A DNA stretch of 64,000 nucleotides from an uncultured cyanobacterium (GTDB lineage: Bacteria; Cyanobacteriota; Cyanobacteriia; Cyanobacteriales; Nostocaceae): contig OY970166.1 in assembly GCA_963706595.1 (NCBI GenBank), positions 3,584,001 through 3,648,000 on the forward strand, in the 5' to 3' direction. A model generated the notes under the pieces. It was not told the origin of the DNA, ran no database searches, and saw only the letters and a list, made by a program, of their open reading frames with translations. Numbering within the stretch: the stretch's first letter is position 1; each line of letters starts with the position of its first letter. The position numbers and the translations under genes are program-made. Of this stretch, positions 1 to 8,500 are shown one piece after another.

Positions 1-2
1 AT

Positions 3-2324
3 TCTCAAAGTTCCCAATCTACCCCGAAGCAAGTTTTAGATAGTCATGTCCTTGTAGAGCCAGAATCACCACAAGCACCGATTAAAAAGAGTCCGATCCT
101 GCAAGAAATTTTGCGGACACAAGAGCCAGTGGTAATTCATGATATGAGCCATTGTGCTTTAGAAATTCAGGATGTGGATTTGCCTTTGAAAATGCCAGCG
201 CGATCGCTTATGGTAGTTCCCCTACTGGCTGATGGCAAATGTATTGGTAGTATTACTCTACAACAAAGTAACAAAACACGTAAGTGGTTAGCGTCTGATC
301 TGGAATTATCCAAAGCAGTAGCAGCGCAGGCGGCGATCGCAGTCCAGCAATCACGCTTGTACCAAAAAACTCGTGACCAAGCCCAGCGCTTGTTACAACT
401 AGACATTCAAAAAACTGAATTTTTCCAAAATATTTCCCATGAGTTCCGCACTCCCATCACCTTAATTCAAGGGCCTTTAGAGTCGGCGGTGCTGGCTGGG
501 GAAGGATTATCTCATCAACAAAGTGCGATCGCCCTACGTAACTCCCGCCGCCTATTAAGACTGGTAAACCAATTACTAGATTTGCAACGCCTAGATGCTG
601 GCAGAATGCAGCCGAGTTTCCGCCCTTGTAATTTAGTTGAATTTGTTAGCCAAATTGTCGAGTCATTCCGTCCCTATGGTGAAAAAAAGGGACTACATCT
701 AGAAACACAAATGAGCGAATGTCCTCAAGTCTACTTGGACATGGAAAAATTCGACAAAGTGGTTTACAATCTCCTGTCAAATGCCATGAAGTTCACTCCT
801 GAAGGTGGCACAATCACAGTCAGACTGCAATCTGAAGACAACCATTGCAAATTGCAAGTCAAAGACACAGGAATTGGTATTGTTGCCACACAAATTCCGC
901 AACTATTTGAGCGTTTTCGCCAAGCAGAAGGTTCAGGAAATCGCTCCTATGAAGGTAGTGGTTTAGGTTTGGCTCTAGTTAAAGAATTAGTAGAAATGCA
1001 CGGAGGCAAAGTCACTGTCAATTCAACTTATGGAAAAGGTACAACCTTCACTCTATGGCTAGTTACTGGTCATTCTCACCTACCCATAGAACAAGTTGTA
1101 GAAACCTCTATCGAATTAAATACGAATCGTGCCAAAGTCGAATTAGCTGATTTAGAACTACTACAAACAAACACAGAAAATATTAATATTGAAAATATTC
1201 CCCAAAATATTCCCGAAAATATATTATCCGATTCAGGTATACAGCACTCTATTTTAGTTGTAGACGACAATCCCGATCTGCGAACTTATGTATCTGATAT
1301 ATTGCGCCGTAAAGGTTATCAAGTTCAAACAGCTCGTAACGGTTATGAAGGATTTAGTAAAACTCAAGAAATTTCACCCAGCTTGATAGTTACTGACTTA
1401 ATGATGCCGATGGTGACAGGATTAGAAATGATTCGGATGATCCGCAGTGAGGAGAATTTAAAAGGAACACCAATCATTTTACTCACAGCCAAAGTAGATG
1501 AAGAAACCCGCATCGAAAGTACAGAACATGGCGCAGATGCTTATTTAGCAAAACCATTTAATGACCGAGAACTTTTGGCAGAAGTTAAAAATCTCTTAGC
1601 CTTAAAAGCAAATGAACGGCGGGTTTTAGAGCTAAATACTTACCTCACAGAATCCGTGCTAAAACGGTTTTTACCGCCTGTATTGGTACAAAAAGCCGCA
1701 GCCGGAACTTTAACCCTAGATTTGCGACCAGAACCGCGCTTGATCACAGTTTTATTTAGTGACATTGTGGGTTTTACCCAGCTATCAAATACTCTTAGAT
1801 CCCGACGAGTCGCAGAGTTGCTGAATGAATATTTAGAAACTATGACCAAAGTTGTGTTTAGTAATGGCGGTACTGTAGATAAATTTATGGGAGATGCTAT
1901 TTTAGCTTTATACGGAGCGCCGGAAGAACTCACCCCCAACGAACAAGTCCGTCGTGCTATCAGTACAGCCAGAGCCATGCAATCCTCACTAGCGAAGTTA
2001 AACCAGCACTGGCAAGAGCAAGGTATATTTGAAAATCACGGATATGCAGGTGTACAGTTTCGCTGTGGTATCCACCAAGGAACGGCAGTTGTGGGGATGT
2101 TTGGTAGCGCTGAACGTGCTGATTATACAGCTATTGGTCCGAGTGTAAATATTGCAGCGAGGTTGCAGGCGGCGGCTGTTCCCGGTACTATTCTAGTTTC
2201 TGCTGCTGTGGCAGATTATTTACAAGACGATGAAATTACTAAAGGTAGTCCGTTAAAACTTAAAGGCATTGATGAAACAGTTTTAACTTTTGCTGTTAAA
2301 CCAGAAATCATGGCTAATCGTTAA
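3..2324 (+). CDS. cyaC: Adenylate cyclase CyaC-type hybrid protein (GAF-HisKA-HATPase-REC-class III cyclase), 5' end outside window
   Basis: Frame is open from position 3. Motifs: H-box ISHEFRTP, G-boxes DTGIGI/GSGLGL, receiver VVDD..DLMMP..KPF, cyclase LFSDIVGFT, DKFMGDA and GPSVNIAARLQ. Confidence 0.88.
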   Translation, partial: SQSSQSTPKQVLDSHVLVEPESPQAPIKKSPILQEILRTQEPVVIHDMSHCALEIQDVDLPLKMPARSLMVVPLLADGKCIGSITLQQSNKTRKWLASDLELSKAVAAQAAIAVQQSRLYQKTRDQAQRLLQLDIQKTEFFQNISHEFRTPITLIQGPLESAVLAGEGLSHQQSAIALRNSRRLLRLVNQLLDLQRLDAGRMQPSFRPCNLVEFVSQIVESFRPYGEKKGLHLETQMSECPQVYLDMEKFDKVVYNLLSNAMKFTPEGGTITVRLQSEDNHCKLQVKDTGIGIVATQIPQLFERFRQAEGSGNRSYEGSGLGLALVKELVEMHGGKVTVNSTYGKGTTFTLWLVTGHSHLPIEQVVETSIELNTNRAKVELADLELLQTNTENINIENIPQNIPENILSDSGIQHSILVVDDNPDLRTYVSDILRRKGYQVQTARNGYEGFSKTQEISPSLIVTDLMMPMVTGLEMIRMIRSEENLKGTPIILLTAKVDEETRIESTEHGADAYLAKPFNDRELLAEVKNLLALKANERRVLELNTYLTESVLKRFLPPVLVQKAAAGTLTLDLRPEPRLITVLFSDIVGFTQLSNTLRSRRVAELLNEYLETMTKVVFSNGGTVDKFMGDAILALYGAPEELTPNEQVRRAISTARAMQSSLAKLNQHWQEQGIFENHGYAGVQFRCGIHQGTAVVGMFGSAERADYTAIGPSVNIAARLQAAAVPGTILVSAAVADYLQDDEITKGSPLKLKGIDETVLTFAVKPEIMANR

Positions 2325-2384
2325 GATAGAAACTGGATTTTGCATGCATGAGCAAAATTGCCGAATCATCTTTGGGTTACAAAT

Positions 2385-3653
2385 ATGACATCATCGGTTA
2401 CTGACAAAACACCAATTCCAGCCAATGAACGGAGACGGCACACAGATCCGCCAAGTTTATGGATTGCGATCGCCATAAGTTCAATTTCCTTGCATTTGCT
2501 GGTTTTTTGGTTTATGCGCTCATCTAATGTCTTTAAACCGTGGTTTCCGGAGCAAAACGAAACAATTGTTCCCATTGAATTTATAGAAGTCTCTCCCCCA
2601 GCAGAATCATTAGATAAATCTGTCTTAGAAGCTGAAACAGTCTCTCCTCAACCGTCTGCATCAGCGCCTGTGCCAGAAACTGCTGCACCAACTACACCTA
2701 GCAATCAGGATACTGAGGCAATAAATTCTGATGCTAGTCTCTTTGGTGAACGTGAAATAGCAGCTTCTCAACCTGAAACCCAAGTCTTTCCTGAGAAAAC
2801 AGTTTCAACACCAACCCCAGCACCAACTCCAACCCCAACTCCAACTCCAACCCCAACTCCAACTCCAACCTCAGCACCAGCACCAACTCCAACTCCAACT
2901 ATTCCAGTGGGTGATCTCCCTTGGAACCGTCGTGAGGAAGTTGTATTAGGACAAGGACAGGCACTACCAACAGATATTCCATCTATTCCGTCAGAACTAC
3001 CAAAACTTTCGGAAGCTGAACAAGGCGAAACGGCACGCACTCTGGATGAGGAAATATCATCTACGCCCACTGGGGAAACTGCTAACACTCCAGATGAGGA
3101 AATATCATCTACACCCACTGGGGAAACTGCTAACACTCCAGATGAGGAAGTATTACCTACACCCACCGGGGAAACTGCTAACACTCCAGATGAGGAAGTA
3201 TTACCTACACCCACCGGGGAAACTGCTAACACTCCCGCCAAAGAAGGAGCGCGGGTTACATTTACAGCAGTAAATAGAACTGAAATAGAACAATTGATAC
3301 AAGATGGTAGATTAAGTCCTGATGGTCTACCCGATGTTCTAGCTGAACACATACACAATGGAAGTAACAGCAAAGATATAGACTTAAGTTATATTCCTGG
3401 CGATTCTGGACTTGAGCCTACACAGTTCCTGGTTAGCTTAGTAATTGATAATAATGGTAATTTTCAAAAAGCTGAAGTTTTAGAAATAGCACCAGCGAGA
3501 CTGCAAAGTAACAAAAGCTTGTATGAGCAGGTTGTCAATGATATTTTCATCAACGATAGGTTTTTACCTGCACACAATAACGATGGCACAAAACCAGAGT
3601 TGAGTAATTTGTTTATGCGGATCAATATTCAGCCTGTTAGCAGCAACGAATAA
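2385..3653 (+). CDS. Membrane-anchored Pro/Thr-rich protein, TonB/TolA-like architecture
   Basis: N-terminal TM with S..SLH motif, (PT)n linker, 16-aa repeats, C-terminal domain resembling TonB_C (VSLVIDNNGN...FLPA...G). ATG 2385 preferred over TTG 2358. Confidence 0.6.
   Translation: MTSSVTDKTPIPANERRRHTDPPSLWIAIAISSISLHLLVFWFMRSSNVFKPWFPEQNETIVPIEFIEVSPPAESLDKSVLEAETVSPQPSASAPVPETAAPTTPSNQDTEAINSDASLFGEREIAASQPETQVFPEKTVSTPTPAPTPTPTPTPTPTPTPTSAPAPTPTPTIPVGDLPWNRREEVVLGQGQALPTDIPSIPSELPKLSEAEQGETARTLDEEISSTPTGETANTPDEEISSTPTGETANTPDEEVLPTPTGETANTPDEEVLPTPTGETANTPAKEGARVTFTAVNRTEIEQLIQDGRLSPDGLPDVLAEHIHNGSNSKDIDLSYIPGDSGLEPTQFLVSLVIDNNGNFQKAEVLEIAPARLQSNKSLYEQVVNDIFINDRFLPAHNNDGTKPELSNLFMRINIQPVSSNE
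3045..3236 (+). repeat. Coding tandem repeat, 4 x 48 bp (DEEISSTPTGETANTP / DEEVLPTPTGETANTP)
   Basis: Four near-identical units read directly from the DNA, in two pairs of variants. Confidence 0.9.
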
Positions 3654-3678
3654 CTAAAGCAATGCAAAATTAAGTGAC

Positions 3679-3802
3679 TAAGTAAGTCGGTGCAGTAAAA
3701 CCAAACTATGTAAACAAAAGTAAATAAGGCTCAAACTCTTTCTCCCCCTGCTCCCTGCCCCCTGCACCCCTGCCTTATTGCAATAATTCGCCGACCTACT
3801 TA
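3679..3802. mobile_element. MITE-like element (~120 bp) with terminal inverted repeats and an internal CCCCTGC-type heptamer tract
   Basis: Left end TAAGTAAGTCGG and right end CCGACCTACTTA are inverted repeats with 1 mismatch, with TA at both ends. Lies between convergent genes. Confidence 0.6.
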
Positions 3803-3846
3803 CAGGAGGTAGAGAGGACTAAAATCCTCACTACAAACCTTTAATA

Positions 3847-4578
3847 TCAATCACCTTGGGGATGTTCATTCCATAAGGTAGTAGTTTCACGTAAACTTTG
3901 GTGACTACCATTACCCAAAATCAAATGATCTAATAACGGGATGCCCAACAGTTGCGCCCCGGCTAACAATTGACGCGTTAATTCTATATCTTCTTCGCTA
4001 GGTTCTACGTTACCTGAAGGGTGATTATGAGCAATAATTGCCCGTGTGGCTCCTTGACGAATGATTTCTCGGAAAATGTCACGGGGAGATGCTAGGGTTT
4101 CGGTGGCAGTACCAATGGTAATTACTTGGGTTCCCAATAACCGATTTTTGACATCTAATAGCAACACTGCAAAACGTTCTTGAGTTTGCCACATCAGGTC
4201 TTGACTCAGTGCAGCCGCAGCGACAATGGGGTTATCAATGGGTGTACTGTCTGAAGGACGAAATTGAAAGGTGCGTTTACCTAGTTCAATTGCTGCGAGG
4301 ATAGTTGTGGCTTTGGCTGGGCCAATACCAGGAATTTGCATTAATTCCGCCGGGGTGACTTCTCGCAGAACAGCTAAGGGGTCACGTTGATGTTTGCTGA
4401 GTTCCTGTAGCAAATACTGCCCTAATCCCACGGCTGAAAGTTTGCCTGGACCTTGACCAGTGCCTAAAAGTATGGCAATTAACTCAGCCGTGGCTAAAAT
4501 TTTGGGACCGTGGGTCATTAATCGTTCACGCGGACGCTCATCTGTGGGGATATCGGCAATTCTGAGACAATAGGTCAT
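3847..4578 (-). CDS. radC: RadC / JAB-domain protein
   Basis: ERPRERL N-terminus, HhH motif [12 protein letters not shown] motif HNHPSG..PS..D, LLDHLI. Confidence 0.95.
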   Translation of the reverse strand: MTYCLRIADIPTDERPRERLMTHGPKILATAELIAILLGTGQGPGKLSAVGLGQYLLQELSKHQRDPLAVLREVTPAELMQIPGIGPAKATTILAAIELGKRTFQFRPSDSTPIDNPIVAAAALSQDLMWQTQERFAVLLLDVKNRLLGTQVITIGTATETLASPRDIFREIIRQGATRAIIAHNHPSGNVEPSEEDIELTRQLLAGAQLLGIPLLDHLILGNGSHQSLRETTTLWNEHPQGD

Positions 4579-4882
4579 AGAATAACTAAGATAAGAGTGA
4601 CTTAGATCGCACTAACTCTAGTTATCCCTTGTTTACTGTGTAAATCATCCTCAGATGAAAAAACTTGGAATTTTTTACTGGTTGCGGGTAAGCTGTTGAG
4701 TATTCAACTTGCACAATTTGGACGGGCAAGATGCCCATCCCACAAGAGTTGTATTTAAAATGTTGTGCAAAATCAAGTTGTTTCAGCACAGATGCGATCG
4801 CACTATTGAACTAATTACGGCGATCGCCTAGCCAGATTATACTTAAATTGAGTATATTTTAAGTATATAAAACAGCATTAAT

Positions 4883-5359
4883 ATGACAGAAAGTATTGAT
4901 AAAACCACCGATTTAACCCAACAGTGGCTAACCGAAATTCAGGCACTCAGGGAACAATTAGCAGAACAGCAAGGCGATCGCGATACAGCTTGGGAAAGCG
5001 CCCAAAAATGGCGTAAACTTTATAACACCGAAGCTGAACAACGGCGCACAGATGCCAATTTAACCCAACAGGCGATCGCATCCCTGAAAGCAGAGATCCA
5101 GCAACTCAAGGGACTCGAATCAGGTACACTCGTAGACGGGAAAGCCACAACAGCCGCCCAACAAGAAATTCAACAAATCCAATCAATAGAAGAATTGCAA
5201 GGCAGACTCATAGCCATTATGAAGGAACGCGATCGCCTCCTGCAAGCCTTAAAAACCGAGCAAGAAAACCACGCCCAAACCCGTAAAAGCCTCACCACCG
5301 CCTTGGGTGATGCCATTGATGGCTTAACACGAGAAAGAGATGGTGTAACGGGGAAGTAG
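4883..5359 (+). CDS. Hypothetical coiled-coil protein
   Basis: 158-aa ATG ORF with heptad Q/E/L-rich pattern and in-frame HIP1 sites. Confidence 0.8.
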   Translation: MTESIDKTTDLTQQWLTEIQALREQLAEQQGDRDTAWESAQKWRKLYNTEAEQRRTDANLTQQAIASLKAEIQQLKGLESGTLVDGKATTAAQQEIQQIQSIEELQGRLIAIMKERDRLLQALKTEQENHAQTRKSLTTALGDAIDGLTRERDGVTGK

Positions 5360-5433
5360 GGGAGCAGGGAGAAGCCTTCTCATCCAAAAAGGGTTTCCAG
5401 CCTTAAAAACCGAATTTCACTGTAAATCCTGTT

Positions 5434-5470
5434 CCCCTCCTCGCTTGCGGGGAGGGGCTAGGGGTGGGGT
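5434..5470. repeat. Dispersed hairpin repeat CCCCTCCTCGCTTGCGGGGAGGGG..GGGGTGGGG
   Basis: Reverse-orientation copies near 22924-22959, 33908-33947 and 44203-44242. Confidence 0.8.
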
Positions 5471-5515
5471 CTTATGACACAAACGATAATTTACCGACTT
5501 GTGTGTACACCGTAG

Positions 5516-8500
5516 CTACTGACAAATTCCCCTCTCATCCTCACTCAAATTCGAGTTGTGCTGCAAATAATCATCCAACCAAGCGCAACCCCGCACCAGC
5601 AATTCATCTAAACTCTCCACAGGCCACAACCGCGCTGTCCGGTCATCGGATGCGGTGGCGATGGTTTTGCCGTCCGGGCTGAAACTCACACTATTGATTT
5701 CGCCTTGATGCCCTTTGAATTCTTGTAACAGTTGCCCGTTTAGAGTCCACAACCGCGCTGTCCGGTCAGAGGATGCGGTGGCGATGGTTTTGCCGTCCGG
5801 GCTGAAACTCACACTATAGACTATGCCCTGATGCCCTTTGAATTCTTGTAACAGTTGCCCGTCTAGAGTCCACAACCGCGCTGTCCGGTCAGAGGATGCG
5901 GTGGCGATGGTTTTGCCGTCCGGGCTGAAACTCACACTCCAGACCCAACCCTGATGCCCTTTGAATTCTTGTAACAGTTGCCCGTCTAGAGTCCACAACC
6001 ACGCTGTCTGGTCAGAGGATGCGGTGGCGATGGTTTTGCCGTCCGGGCTGAAACTCACACTAATGATTTCGCCCTGATGCCCTTTGAATTCTTGTAACAG
6101 TTGCCCGTCTAGAGTCCACAACCGCGCTGTCTGGTCAGAGGATGCGGTGGCGATGGTTTTGCCGTCCGGGCTGAAACTCACACTCCAGACCCAGCCCTGA
6201 TGCCCTTTGAATTCTTGTAACAGTTGCCCGTCTAGAGTCCACAACCGCGCTGTCTGGTCAGAGGATGCGGTGGCGATGGTTTTGCCGTCCGGGCTGAAAC
6301 TCACACTCCAGACCCAGCCCTGATGCCCTTTGAATTCTTGTAACAGTTGCCCGTCTAGAGTCCACAACCGCGCTGTCTGGTCAAAGGATGCGGTGGCGAT
6401 GGTTTTGCCGTCCGGGCTGAAACTCACACTATTGATTTCGCCTTGATGCCCTTTGAATTCTTGTAACAGTTGCCCGTTTAGAGTCCACAACCGCGCTGTC
6501 CGGTCAGAGGATGCGGTGGCGATGGTTTTGCCGTCCGGGCTGAAACTCACACTATTGATTTCGCCTTGATGCCCTTTGAATTCTTGTAACAGTTGCCCGT
6601 TTAGAGTCCACAACCGCGCTGTCCGGTCAGAGGATGCGGTGGCGATGGTTTTGCCGTCCGGGCTGAAACTCACACTATTGATTTCGCCTTGATGCCCTTT
6701 GAATTCTTGTAACAGTTGCCCGTTTAGAGTCCACAACCGCGCTGTCCGGTCAGAGGATGCGGTGGCGATGGTTTTGCCGTCCGGGCTGAAACTCACACTA
6801 ATGATTTCGCCCTGATGCCCTTTCAATTCTTGTAACAGTTGCCCGTCTAGAGTCCACAACCGCGCTGTCCCGTCAGAGGATGCGGTGGCGATGGTTTTGC
6901 CGTCCGGGCTGAAACTCACACTAATGATTTCGCCCTGATGCCCTTTCAATTCTTGTAACAGTTGCCCGTCTAGAGTCCACAACCGCGCTGTCCGGTCATC
7001 GGATGCGGTGGCGATGGTTTTGCCGTCCGGGCTGAAACTCACACTCCTGACTATGCCCTGATGCCCTTTGAATTCTTGTAACATTTGCCCGTCTAGAGTC
7101 CACAACCGCGCTGTCCCGTCAGAGGATGCGGTGGCGATGGTTTTGCCGTCCGGGCTGAAACTCACACTCCTGACTATGCCCTGATGCCCTTTGAATTCTT
7201 GTAACAGTTGCCCGTTTAGAGTCCACAACCGCGCTGTCCCGTCAGAGGATGCGGTGGCGATGGTTTTGCCGTCCGGGCTGAAACTCACACTAAAGACCCT
7301 GCCCTGATGCCCATGAAATTGGTTACGTTCTTTAATATCACTCAGAATAGTATGCAACGCATAAATCGGGCTAATAGCTGGGTATTCATCCAGAGGGCGA
7401 TTATCTTTAACTAAAGTTTTCAACTCTTTACCAGTTTTGACTGCTGTTACTAGCCCTTCTAATGGGGTAAATTCAAACTGTCTAATCGCATTAACTCCCG
7501 CCCGTTCTAATTCTGTTCCCTTTTGCGCTTCTTGTTGGGCTGCTTGCGCTAATTGTGCAGCTTGCTTTGCTGTTTGTTGGGCTTCTTGCGCCTGTTTCAG
7601 AGTAATTTCTGCCTGTGCAACTTGAGACTCCGCTTGCTGTTGTTGTTGCTGTGCTTGTTGCGCTTTCTCATCAGCCGTTCTCACTCTCTCCGTAGCCGTT
7701 TTAATTCTGGCTTCCGCTTCGGCATTTTTCTTTTCTAATGCTGCGGCTTGCTGATTTACCTTCTCTAAGTCTGTTTTAGCAGCAGCTAGGTTTTGGGTAG
7801 CTTTGATATTTTCTTTTTGTGCGTCCTTAAACTTTGCTTCTGCGTCCTTACTTTTAATTTCTAAATCTCGCGCTGTTCTTTGTAATTCTGCCTGTTTTCT
7901 TTCCGTCTCTTGCAAATTTTGAGTTGTTCGCCGATAATCACCTTCAGTTTTGGTTAATTTTCGTTCTGCTTGTTGTTGATTTTCATTAGCTTTACTGGCT
8001 GTACCAACTTGAATCACTGCATAAACAGAAGCCATCCCTGAAACTATTAATAAAAACACTGATAAACGAGAACTTATCTTAAACCGTTTCTGCCCTTCCC
8101 TAATCTTTGCTTCAGCTTCCTGGTTAGCAGCAGCTAATATTTTCTTAGCTTCTTGTTCCTGTTTTAACTGCTCTTCAGCTAGAGCTAATTTAGCTAATAA
8201 TTCATTATCCTGTTGTTGTCGCACAAAAGAAACCAAATAATCATGCACCAACTGATACCTATCAGCCGGGGATTCTGGTAATAGCAACACCAAACCAGAT
8301 TGCACAAAAATATCTAATATCAAATCTAATCTATCAGTTTCTGCTGCTAACTTTGCTGTCAACTCAGCCCTAGTTTTCAAAGGACGAGTGCCATTTTCAT
8401 CTGTGAGTAAATATAAAATCAATCTCGCAGCGCGTTCATTTTCTGCCCCACAATCTTTAATAACCGATTCTAAAAATCCTTCAACCAGATTTTCTTTAGT

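Noticed and set aside
2768..3373. 201-aa antisense ORF and other nested antisense ORFs (e.g. 23176-23718, 53508-53798)
   Set aside because: Shadows of low-complexity or well-supported genes on the opposite strand.
3847..4578. radC as a marker of a mobile element
   Set aside because: Full-length HhH+JAB form, typical of the chromosomal gene rather than the short element-borne form.
5620..7318. WD40 variation as a diversity-generating retroelement target or CRISPR
   Set aside because: No reverse transcriptase or separate template repeat in the window, changes are not adenine-specific, and the repeats are in-frame coding units.
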